Assembly (NCBI GenBank): GCA_964529325.1
Contig: CAZGWH010000001.1
Coordinates: 2,872-66,871 of the forward strand
Direction: 5' to 3'
DNA from: an uncultured bacterium
GTDB lineage: Bacteria; Fidelibacterota; Marinisomatia; SCGC-AAA003-L08; GCA-2689995
Length of the DNA: 64,000 bases
The number at the start of each line of letters is the position of its first letter. Position 1 is the stretch's first letter. Both the position numbers and the translations under genes were made by a program. Shown one piece after another: positions 48,133-57,189 of this stretch. Under the pieces are notes generated by a model. That model saw nothing but the letters and a program-made list of their open reading frames with translations, was not told where the DNA came from and did not search any database.

Positions 48133-50959
48133 TAACACTTTCCTTGCGAAATAAAATGGTTGAATTATTTATTTCTGAAATTGACTTATATGGTTTATAT
48201 GTTAATGGTAATGCATTTAAAATAAATTTCCCATACTGAGCTTTTAACAAACGAGGATCAGTCAATATACACATTCCATTATCATTTATACTTCTTATTA
48301 ATCGACCAAATCCTTGTTTAAATTTAACAGTAGCCGTTGGGATTTGAAAATCCATAAATGGATTTTTTCCTTTTTTCTTATAATTTTCTATTTCTGTTAA
48401 TAAAATTGGATCTGTTGGATTATCAAAAGGGATTTTAAATATCATCAAAATTTCAACTAATTCTCCAGGGAAATCAACCCCTTCCCAAAAACTCATCGTG
48501 CCAATTAAAATTGAACTTGGTGTATTTGTATAACCTCTAATCATCGCTCTACGGCTATGACCAATAGTTTGAGCAAAAACTTTCCGTCCTAAATAATCAT
48601 AACAAGGTTTCACAATATCTCGTAATTTTTTAACTTGATCGTATGAAGTGCAGAGTACTAAAATTCGATTATTATGCTGTTGTGCTAATTCAATTATTTG
48701 ATTTCCAATTGTTTGAATAAAAGAGAAACTATTTACTTTGTCAAAAGAATCATACACCCATAATTCAACTTGGTCTTCATAGAAGAAAGGAGATTTATAT
48801 TCAACTGTACTTAATTTTTCAACAATATGTGAATCTGAAATTCCCATTGAATCTTTTATAAATTGAAAGGATGAATTTAATGCAAGTGTTGCAGAACAAA
48901 TTACTCCTCCTGCCTCTCTTCCAAATAATGCATCTCTTAAAAAGACACCAACATCTTTTGGGGCACAATTTATAGAACAATGTACTTGTCCAAATCTATT
49001 TCGAAAAGAAGACCAAATAATATCTTCATCTAACAAATGAGAAATTCGCATAAATGTTTGTGCCAAATCATCTAGATATTTATTTTGAGAAGACAATTCA
49101 ATTAATAAACTTTGAGGGAAATCTTTTACACTTTTAAGCGAGTTCTCAAGTGATTTAGTTAATTTAGAAAATGATAAGATTTCATCTAAACAATTCTCAG
49201 GTGAATAACTTAATTTATCATAAATTTTTGTAGCATTATTTAATATAAAGTTTTTCTCATACTGTAAATTTGATAATTCTCCTTTTGAATTAGATTTTTT
49301 TGAAAATTCATTAAAAAATGTATCAATATACTTTTTTAGTTTAACGGCATATTCAGCTATTTCATTTACATGTTCAGTGTATTCTTCTGCATGTTGGCTC
49401 ACCGCTTTTATTATTGTATTTCCAAATAAATCCGTTTCAAATTTATAAAATGAAATAACTTCATTTGCAGAATCAGCATTCAATTTTATTGTTAATTGGT
49501 CTCGAGCAGATTTAACAAAATTATGTCCCTCATCAATAACATAAACAAAACCTGAAGGTAAAATAGAATTCTCTCTATTTAATTCAATACAAAATAATGC
49601 GTGATTAACAATAATTAAATTAACTTGAGATGATTTTTTTCGTATAGGTCCATAAAAACATCCATTATGATCTTTACACCTAGATGTTGTGCAAAACCCG
49701 GGTTCACTACGAATTGCATTCCATATATTCAAAGCCCTACCTAAAGGAAATGCAGGACATTCTTCAATATCACCAGATAATGTATTTTTACTCCACGAAA
49801 TTATTGGTAAAAATAACTCCCTATCTTTTTTATTCAACTTTGGTAATCTATATTTTACAAATTGTTCTAATCGAGTTCTACATAGATAATTATGACGACC
49901 CTTTAAAATAATTGCAGTAGCTGGAATTCCTGTTAATTTAGAAAAACTAGGAATATCTTTATTAAAAAGTTGGTCCTGTAAATGTTTTGTATAAGTAGAA
50001 ATAATTACAGGAATTTTATTTTGAAGAGAATAAATTAAGGATGCCGTTAAATAACTAAATGATTTTCCTAATCCTGTCCCTGCCTCTCCTAATAATATTT
50101 GTTGCTGGTTAAATGAGGATAAAATATCTTCAGAAAAAGAAACTTGATTTTTTCTAGATTCAAATTTATCCCAGTTTTTTTCTATTAACCCACCGTCATC
50201 CAAAATTAAACCAATGTCTAAATTATCAATTTCACATTCATTATTTTCAAATTTAAAAAAAGAAGAATTTAAGGGTGAATTTAATTCTGATTTTCCAATC
50301 CCATTAACTGAATTTGATTTTAATTGTAACTCAACAAGATTTTTAAATAAATAATAATTATATGAATTTTCATCTTTTAAAGTTGTTACACATTGTTCTA
50401 ATTGTTCTATTGTATTACAGGCAGTTTCTTTAATCAATTCAACAAATACTTTACCTGTATTTAGAGTATCCATTTCAGCCCGATGTGCACCATCTGTATT
50501 CAATCCATAAAAATCAGATATGCCACTTAAAGACAAATCATGATTTGTAAATAAGCAAAATCTTGACAATGTAGAAGTATCATAAACTCTACTATTTTTA
50601 TATGATGGTTTGTTTTCTGTCGCTAATGCATTATTTAAAAAGCCAAAATCAAACCCTATATTTTGTCCAACAATTGGTGAATTACCAAAAAATTCGAGTA
50701 GCTCTGGAATTGCATCTTTAATAAATGGGGATTTTTTTACCATCGAATTATTAATACCTGTTAATTCAGTAATAAACACTGGAATTGTTCTATTTGGATT
50801 AATTAAAGTTGTAAAAGTGGAATGTGGAAGACCGTCAATAAATCGATATGCTGAGATTTCAATAATTGAATCTGTATTAGAGTTTAATCCCGTTGTTTCT
50901 AAATCAAAAGCAACAAATTCATTTAGGTTAATTGATTTTAATAAAGTTTGAATTTGCAT
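48125..50959 (-). CDS. dinG: DinG-family helicase with N-terminal DEDDh 3'-5' exonuclease
   Basis: FDLETTG, HRAEMD; AGTGLGKS, IDEGH, four Fe-S-type Cys, FWEGVDFPG, QGFGRLIR. Confidence 0.92.
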   Translation of the reverse strand: MQIQTLLKSINLNEFVAFDLETTGLNSNTDSIIEISAYRFIDGLPHSTFTTLINPNRTIPVFITELTGINNSMVKKSPFIKDAIPELLEFFGNSPIVGQNIGFDFGFLNNALATENKPSYKNSRVYDTSTLSRFCLFTNHDLSLSGISDFYGLNTDGAHRAEMDTLNTGKVFVELIKETACNTIEQLEQCVTTLKDENSYNYYLFKNLVELQLKSNSVNGIGKSELNSPLNSSFFKFENNECEIDNLDIGLILDDGGLIEKNWDKFESRKNQVSFSEDILSSFNQQQILLGEAGTGLGKSFSYLTASLIYSLQNKIPVIISTYTKHLQDQLFNKDIPSFSKLTGIPATAIILKGRHNYLCRTRLEQFVKYRLPKLNKKDRELFLPIISWSKNTLSGDIEECPAFPLGRALNIWNAIRSEPGFCTTSRCKDHNGCFYGPIRKKSSQVNLIIVNHALFCIELNRENSILPSGFVYVIDEGHNFVKSARDQLTIKLNADSANEVISFYKFETDLFGNTIIKAVSQHAEEYTEHVNEIAEYAVKLKKYIDTFFNEFSKKSNSKGELSNLQYEKNFILNNATKIYDKLSYSPENCLDEILSFSKLTKSLENSLKSVKDFPQSLLIELSSQNKYLDDLAQTFMRISHLLDEDIIWSSFRNRFGQVHCSINCAPKDVGVFLRDALFGREAGGVICSATLALNSSFQFIKDSMGISDSHIVEKLSTVEYKSPFFYEDQVELWVYDSFDKVNSFSFIQTIGNQIIELAQQHNNRILVLCTSYDQVKKLRDIVKPCYDYLGRKVFAQTIGHSRRAMIRGYTNTPSSILIGTMSFWEGVDFPGELVEILMIFKIPFDNPTDPILLTEIENYKKKGKNPFMDFQIPTATVKFKQGFGRLIRSINDNGMCILTDPRLLKAQYGKFILNALPLTYKPYKSISEINNSTILFRKESVNE

Positions 50960-50960
50960 A

Positions 50961-52142
50961 TTAAATTCCTGCGAATACTTTTATTACATCAATTACAAGT
51001 AATGGTTTTTTTGTAAGTGCCGTAGAAAATATTCGTGTCAATGTTCTCTTATCTCGAGGTAGTTTTTTAATTTTATCTGCAATACTATTTAAGTCTTCAT
51101 CTGTAAATTGACTAATTGCATTTTTTATATTATAAATTCTTGAATAGTTTTTTCCAAATTCTTTATGAATCCACTCTGTATAAACAGTCAATGATTTTTC
51201 ATCTAATTTGTTTTTACGAATTAAATTAGCAGACACTTGACCAGCTATCCATCCGCCAGTCATTCCAGAAGAAATACCTCCTCCAGTAACAGGATTCACC
51301 TGATGCCCTGCATCGCCAACTAATATTAATCCAGACTTAACGGGATTCTTTAATGGTTTATCACAAGGGATTCCCCCGCATACAGTCGTTAATATAGATG
51401 CTTCAGGAAATTTTTCTTTTACAAATTTATCTAATAATTTTCGAGAAGATTTTTCTTTACTATAAGTACCGCTCACACCTATACCAACATTTGCTATTCC
51501 ATCACCCTTTGGAAATATCCATATATACCCGCCTGGTGCATATGTTTTACCGACAAAAAAATCCATTCTGTTTTGAGGAATATTTACATTCGCAAGTGTA
51601 TATTGAAAACCAGATTCCATATCTTTCATTTTTAATTGAGTTCTTATTCCTGCCCATCTCCCCACTCTTGATTCAACACCATCTGCACCAATTACAATTT
51701 TTGCACGAATTTCTTTTTTCTCACCTAAATATTCTAATTTTACACCCTTAACAAATCCATCTTCAATAATTAATCCATATACATAAGCTCTTGTATAAAT
51801 TTCAGCACCCTTTTCTGATGCGAGACGGGCTAAGTCATAGTCGAAAACCCTTCGGTTTAATATATAACCTTTATCTGCGGTAAAATCGGCGGAAATACTT
51901 GTACCATTTGGAGCAGTCATGCTAAAACTATTTAGATAAGCTGCAAACCAAGATTCTTTAGGTTCAACAAATTTCCTTAATCCTGAATCTCCAATTGCCT
52001 CACCACATCTAACTGGATATCCAATATCTCTATCTTTTTCTAAAAGGCAAACACTTACACCACCTTCTGCAGCTAATTTTGCAGACATTGAACCAGAAGG
52101 TCCTCCACCAACAACTACAACATCATAACTACTTTTCATCAT
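50961..52142 (-). CDS. Geranylgeranyl reductase family flavoprotein, archaeal DGGGPL-reductase-like
   Basis: GGGPSG, IGYPVRCGEA, APGGYIWIFPKG (YxWxFP), LVGDAGHQVNPVTGGGI. Confidence 0.88.
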   Translation of the reverse strand: MMKSSYDVVVVGGGPSGSMSAKLAAEGGVSVCLLEKDRDIGYPVRCGEAIGDSGLRKFVEPKESWFAAYLNSFSMTAPNGTSISADFTADKGYILNRRVFDYDLARLASEKGAEIYTRAYVYGLIIEDGFVKGVKLEYLGEKKEIRAKIVIGADGVESRVGRWAGIRTQLKMKDMESGFQYTLANVNIPQNRMDFFVGKTYAPGGYIWIFPKGDGIANVGIGVSGTYSKEKSSRKLLDKFVKEKFPEASILTTVCGGIPCDKPLKNPVKSGLILVGDAGHQVNPVTGGGISSGMTGGWIAGQVSANLIRKNKLDEKSLTVYTEWIHKEFGKNYSRIYNIKNAISQFTDEDLNSIADKIKKLPRDKRTLTRIFSTALTKKPLLVIDVIKVFAGI

Positions 52143-52311
52143 AAATTGGCTCCAAAACTTCTATAGGGCAAATATTAGCACATAAATCACAGTCAATGCA
52201 GACTTCATGTCTAATTGAAATATCAGCTTCTTTTAAATCGATACAATCAACAGGACAAACAGCAACGCATGCTCCGCAAAAATCACATTTATTTGGTGTT
52301 ATTACGATCAT
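52129..52311 (-). CDS. 2[4Fe-4S] ferredoxin
   Basis: CDFCGACVAVCP and CIDCDLCANICP. Confidence 0.93.
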   Translation of the reverse strand: MIVITPNKCDFCGACVAVCPVDCIDLKEADISIRHEVCIDCDLCANICPIEVLEPIYDEK

Positions 52312-53248
52312 TTTCTAATACTAATTTTGGATAATGAAAATCAAAACGATGCCAATAATAATATTTACTTAAAAAATAAATACCAAAAGAAAACCAAATA
52401 AATTGTGGGTATGTTGAAAAAATAAAAACAGCTAAAATTAATAATGAATATCGAATTGCCCTTAATAAATCAATATGACTATTTCGTATTAAAACCATGA
52501 TTAAAAATGGAAGTATAGTAATTGATGCCGTAGATGCTATAGGATCATTTAATAAAAACCCATTTATTCCAGCTAAAATACATAAGAATATTAAAATAAT
52601 ATAATTCAAAACTGAATTAGTATCGCTATCGAAATCCCTATCTTTTTGAATTAAATTAGTAATAATAATTGCAAAAAAGAGATATGAAAAAATAATTTGT
52701 ATATTTTTAAATTCAAATTGATTACTTAATAAAAAATGTATATGAATATATCCCATTAAATAAATAAAAATAGGTAATGCAATAATACTTACGATATTAG
52801 GTTCAAAATTATTTTTATTTATAATTGATGTGCAAAAATAAAGTATAAATATTAGAAATGGAAGCATAATAAAATCTGAAATTCCAATAAGTACTGTTCC
52901 AAAAGTAAAAAGAATATATTGAACTATCAATGCATATCTTGGTTTAATTTTTTCATTTATTAAAAATACCTTTTTTTGTAAAGGAAAATTTGACTCTGAA
53001 TGTAGTTGCCAATTTATAAAACAGGCTGAAGTAAACGATGATAATCCAATAATTAATAATATAGAATTAAAACTCAATTTCTCCCCCCAAATTAAGTTGC
53101 TATCATGTATAAATTGACTTGAGAACATTCCCGCACAAAATACAATCCAAATTGCAAAAAAATATGTTGGGCGTAATAAAAATAAATAATCCAAAAATGG
53201 AACTATTTTTCTATGAATAGGGTGATCTCTAATAAATTTCTTTACCAA
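52289..53248 (-). CDS. UbiA-like prenyltransferase-fold membrane protein, first Asp-rich motif degenerate
   Basis: LLRP at TM1, multi-TM topology, DRDFDSD at the second motif position; first motif reads NWQLHSESN. Confidence 0.5.
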   Translation of the reverse strand: MVKKFIRDHPIHRKIVPFLDYLFLLRPTYFFAIWIVFCAGMFSSQFIHDSNLIWGEKLSFNSILLIIGLSSFTSACFINWQLHSESNFPLQKKVFLINEKIKPRYALIVQYILFTFGTVLIGISDFIMLPFLIFILYFCTSIINKNNFEPNIVSIIALPIFIYLMGYIHIHFLLSNQFEFKNIQIIFSYLFFAIIITNLIQKDRDFDSDTNSVLNYIILIFLCILAGINGFLLNDPIASTASITILPFLIMVLIRNSHIDLLRAIRYSLLILAVFIFSTYPQFIWFSFGIYFLSKYYYWHRFDFHYPKLVLENDRNNTK

Positions 53249-54602
53249 CTTTATCCTTTATTTCTATAGGGTATTCACCTGAAAAACAAGCTGTACAATA
53301 ATCATCTTTATTTAATGAAACTGATTTAAGCAATCCTTCAAGTGTTAAATAATTTAATGTATCAACTTTTATTATTTCTGCTAATTCATTAACTGTGTGT
53401 TTATTTGCTGCCAATTCATCTTTTGTAGGGAAATCCATTCCATAATGACATGGATACCGAACTGGAGGAGAACTAATTCTAACATGAACTTTTTTAACGC
53501 CTGCATCTTTTAATAACTGAGATAGTTTTCTCAATGTCGTTCCTCTTACAATTGAATCATCGACTAATACAACTTCCCGGTTATCTAATACACCTTTTAC
53601 TGTATTAAATTTTAAGCGAACATTTAGGCTTCTTAACCTTTGATTTGGAAAAATAAAAGTTCGGCCAACATAATGATTTCTAATTAACCCAATTTCATAT
53701 TTTGTATTTGAAGTCGCTGCATAACCCATTGCACATGTATTACTTGAATCTGGAACTGAAATTACAATGTCTGCAGATTCAATTGTAGATTCTTCTGCAA
53801 GTGTTTTTCCAAATTTTCGCCTCATTTTATCAACATTTTCTCCAAATACTTGAGAATCTGGCCGACTAAAATAAATATATTCAAAGATACAATGACTTTT
53901 ATTTTTAGCTGGAATTTCATACTGAATTGAGCTTGCCCCAGAATCATTTATTGTTAATAATTCTCCTGGGTTAATATCTCTAATATATTGTGCACCTAAT
54001 AAATCTAATGCACATGTTTCAGATGCAACAATTATTGTATCATTTAGCTTTCCAAAACAAAGAGGTCTTATCCCTTTTGTATCTCTTGCTATATGTAGTC
54101 CTTCTTTAGAAATTATAATAATTGAAAATGCACCTTCAATTTCTTTTAGTGTTCCTGCAATTCGTTCTGTTAATGTTGATTCAGTTCTTCGTGCAAGTAA
54201 ATGAATGATGATTTCAGTATCAGTAGTCGTTTGAAAAATTGCTCCATTTTTTTGAAGTTTTTTTCGAGTAGAAGTTAAGTTTACTAAATTCCCATTATGA
54301 GCAATTGATATAAATGAGTCACCTAAATTAAATAATAAAGGACCTACATTGGTTGCATTATTTTCTCCAGTTGTCGAATATCGTGTATGACCAATTGCAT
54401 AATGTCCTTTTAAATTATCAAATATTTTAGGATCTGAAAAAACATCAGAAACAAGACCTTGCCCTGTGTGACTATACATTTTATCACCATCACATGTAAC
54501 TATTCCAGCACCTTCCTGCCCACGATGTTGTTGAGCATAAAGTCCCATATAAGCAAAAGTACCTGCTTCGGGGTTATTATATAAACCGATTATACCACAC
54601 AT
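53229..54602 (-). CDS. purF: Amidophosphoribosyltransferase
   Basis: MCGIIG, QHRGQEGAG, GHTRYST, VDDSIVRGTT, CTACFSG. Confidence 0.97.
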   Translation of the reverse strand: MCGIIGLYNNPEAGTFAYMGLYAQQHRGQEGAGIVTCDGDKMYSHTGQGLVSDVFSDPKIFDNLKGHYAIGHTRYSTTGENNATNVGPLLFNLGDSFISIAHNGNLVNLTSTRKKLQKNGAIFQTTTDTEIIIHLLARRTESTLTERIAGTLKEIEGAFSIIIISKEGLHIARDTKGIRPLCFGKLNDTIIVASETCALDLLGAQYIRDINPGELLTINDSGASSIQYEIPAKNKSHCIFEYIYFSRPDSQVFGENVDKMRRKFGKTLAEESTIESADIVISVPDSSNTCAMGYAATSNTKYEIGLIRNHYVGRTFIFPNQRLRSLNVRLKFNTVKGVLDNREVVLVDDSIVRGTTLRKLSQLLKDAGVKKVHVRISSPPVRYPCHYGMDFPTKDELAANKHTVNELAEIIKVDTLNYLTLEGLLKSVSLNKDDYCTACFSGEYPIEIKDKVGKEIY

Positions 54603-54943
54603 TATTCTTTTTTCTTTTTCTTATAAATTGGAAATGAAGTTAAATGAGCATCTACATAAGCATCTAAAATTCCGAGTGTATAAATTCCAAAAATCCACCA
54701 CCCCCATGTATTTCTTTTATTTATATTATTCTTATTATGATTCACTTCTACGACTGAAAGTCCTAAAGCCGAATTAATAATAAATGATTTATAAAATTTA
54801 CCATTATAAATTTGACCTAATCCAGGAATTAAGCTAAGTTTCCAAGATAATGATGGGTTTTTTATTTGAGTAGAATCAATAAATGTTTCTTGTGCAAAAA
54901 AAATTCCAAAAAATATGAATAAAACATATCTATTAAATTTCAA
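54602..54943 (-). CDS. DUF5683-like membrane protein
   Basis: SLIPGLGQIYN...ILDAYVDAHL. Confidence 0.75.
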   Translation of the reverse strand: MKFNRYVLFIFFGIFFAQETFIDSTQIKNPSLSWKLSLIPGLGQIYNGKFYKSFIINSALGLSVVEVNHNKNNINKRNTWGWWIFGIYTLGILDAYVDAHLTSFPIYKKKKKE

Positions 54944-55317
54944 ATTATTCCAATTGCTTCAATTTCAACTCTTACATTCATTGGAAGAGCAGATACTTCA
55001 ACTACTGATCTTGCTGGCGGATGCTCGGGAAAAAATTCTAAAAAAACTTCATTTAATTCTGAAAACAATGATAGATCAGTAATGAAAACCGCTACCTTTA
55101 AAATTTTATTTAATGCACTCCCTGATTCAAGTAGAACAGCATTTAAATTATTCAATACTTGTCGAACTTCATCTTTAAAAGTGTCATTATTTAATTTTCC
55201 AGTTTCAGGATTTAAACAGATTTGACCTGAAGTAAAAACTAGATTTTGAAATGTCACCCCTTGTGAATATGTTCCAATAGCTAAAGGAGCATTTTGTGTT
55301 TTAATTATTTTTCTCAT
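54940..55317 (-). CDS. ridA: RidA/YjgF enamine deaminase
   Basis: APLAIGTYSQG, VFTSGQI, PARSVVEVSALP; start placed at the ATGA overlap at 55317. Confidence 0.92.
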   Translation of the reverse strand: MRKIIKTQNAPLAIGTYSQGVTFQNLVFTSGQICLNPETGKLNNDTFKDEVRQVLNNLNAVLLESGSALNKILKVAVFITDLSLFSELNEVFLEFFPEHPPARSVVEVSALPMNVRVEIEAIGII

Positions 55318-55739
55318 CTTTCTAAACACCATAAAGCAAGACCTGTAAAATTATCAAACTTTCTATTTATAAAATTTTCACCTACTGTCATAATAAATTC
55401 TCCTGCAGCTGAAATTTCACCTTCAAATAAATGGCCACCAAAAACATTAAATTTACTATCACTAAAATTAATATGTGTGTGTGAGAATAATTCACCATCT
55501 TTAATTGTAATATTTCCGCTTAAACTAGTTAATTCATAATCATCATTAAAAATTTTCCGAATATAAGTTTTTGAAGAAAGTTCATAGTATCCCATTTCAA
55601 GATTTGTAACCGCTCCAATTCCATTAATCCAAGCAGAATTTAATTTTTCAATTTTCGCTAATTTTTCAAATGAAGAATTTATCTTATCTCCTGGTTCAAG
55701 TGAAATAAAATAAAGATTATTCTCTTTCCTAAATTTCAT
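55314..55739 (-). CDS. PPC/DUF296 domain protein
   Basis: GIGAV, ELTSLSGNI, HTHINF, FGGHL. Confidence 0.9.
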   Translation of the reverse strand: MKFRKENNLYFISLEPGDKINSSFEKLAKIEKLNSAWINGIGAVTNLEMGYYELSSKTYIRKIFNDDYELTSLSGNITIKDGELFSHTHINFSDSKFNVFGGHLFEGEISAAGEFIMTVGENFINRKFDNFTGLALWCLER

Positions 55740-57189
55740 AATCGAATTTTAAATTAAGTTCTCTATTCGCTTTTGTTTCATTCAACCTTTTCACAGGAGT
55801 TGTGATTGGAGCATCTAATAATTCTTGGGGGTTATCAGTAATTTTTTTGTCAATTTCAATTAATGCATGTGCAAAAGCATCCAATGTTTCTTTTGTTTCT
55901 GATTCAGTTGGCTCCATCATCATTGCTTCGGGAATGTTTATTGGGAAATATATAGTTGGTGCATGATATCCATAGTCTAGTAAACTTTTAGCAATATCTA
56001 AAACTTTAATACCTCTTTTTTTCTGTGCTTTACCAGAAGCAACAAATTCATGCAGAGTACCATCAGAAAAAGGAACATCATATACATCTTCTATTTTTTT
56101 CTTTAAATAATTTGCATTTATAATGGCTTGGCGAGTCATTTGCTTTACCCCCTCTTCACCTAAAGTACGAATATATGCCCAAGCTCTAACAAGAATACCA
56201 TAATTTCCATAAAATGTGTGAATTTGTCCAATTGAATTTGGATAATCAAAATCCCAAGAAAACCTATCATCAACTTTTTTAATCATAGGAATAGGTAAAA
56301 ACTCAACTAAGTTCTCTACAACACCAATCGGACCTGCACCTGGTCCACCGCCTCCATGCGGTGTAGAGAATGTTTTATGAAGGTTTATATGTAATATATC
56401 AAATCCCATTTTTTCAGGCTTTACAAGGCCTATTAATGCATTTAAATTTGCACCATCCATATACATTAATCCATCATATTGATGTATTATTTTCGTAATC
56501 TCTTCAATTTCATCTTCAAATAATCCCAATGTATTTGGTTGGGTTAACATCATTCCTGCAATTTGGTCTGACATTAATGATTTTAAATGTTCAATATCAA
56601 CACGCCCATTATCATTAGATTGAACTTGTAATGTTTTATACCCACCTAAAATTACACTAGCAGGATTTGTTCCATGAGCAGTTTCAGGAATAATTATATA
56701 TTTTTTATTATTCCCTTTCTTTCGATGGTATTTTTGCATCATTAATAAACCAACAAATTCTCCTTGTGAACCTGCTGTTGGTTGAAGAGTAAATCGCTTC
56801 ATACCTGTCATTTTTGATAAGAAAATTTCAAGCTCATACATTATTTTTAATGCACCTTGTATATTTGAATCTTTTTCATCTGGATGCAAGGAAATAATTT
56901 TAGAATGGTTTGCTAATTTATCATTTATTTTTGGATTATATTTCATTGTACATGAACCCAATGGATAAAAATCTTTATCTACATGATGATTTTTTACAGA
57001 GAGGTTAGTGAAATGCCTAACGACTTCAGGTTCAGATATTTCAGGTAATCGAGCAGGTTTATTTCTTAACATAGAATTATCAATAATTGATTCTGGAGTT
57101 AATTCAGGAATAGATGTAGTTGGTAATTGAAATCCACTTACATTTTTTTTAGATTGAGTAAATATAATAGGTGTTTCAGTTAATTTCAT
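55729..57189 (-). CDS. gcvPB: Glycine dehydrogenase (decarboxylating) subunit 2
   Basis: YPLGSCTMKYNPK, HGTNPAS, HINLHKTFSTPHGGGGPG, EPTESE. Confidence 0.96.
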   Translation of the reverse strand: MKLTETPIIFTQSKKNVSGFQLPTTSIPELTPESIIDNSMLRNKPARLPEISEPEVVRHFTNLSVKNHHVDKDFYPLGSCTMKYNPKINDKLANHSKIISLHPDEKDSNIQGALKIMYELEIFLSKMTGMKRFTLQPTAGSQGEFVGLLMMQKYHRKKGNNKKYIIIPETAHGTNPASVILGGYKTLQVQSNDNGRVDIEHLKSLMSDQIAGMMLTQPNTLGLFEDEIEEITKIIHQYDGLMYMDGANLNALIGLVKPEKMGFDILHINLHKTFSTPHGGGGPGAGPIGVVENLVEFLPIPMIKKVDDRFSWDFDYPNSIGQIHTFYGNYGILVRAWAYIRTLGEEGVKQMTRQAIINANYLKKKIEDVYDVPFSDGTLHEFVASGKAQKKRGIKVLDIAKSLLDYGYHAPTIYFPINIPEAMMMEPTESETKETLDAFAHALIEIDKKITDNPQELLDAPITTPVKRLNETKANRELNLKFDYEI

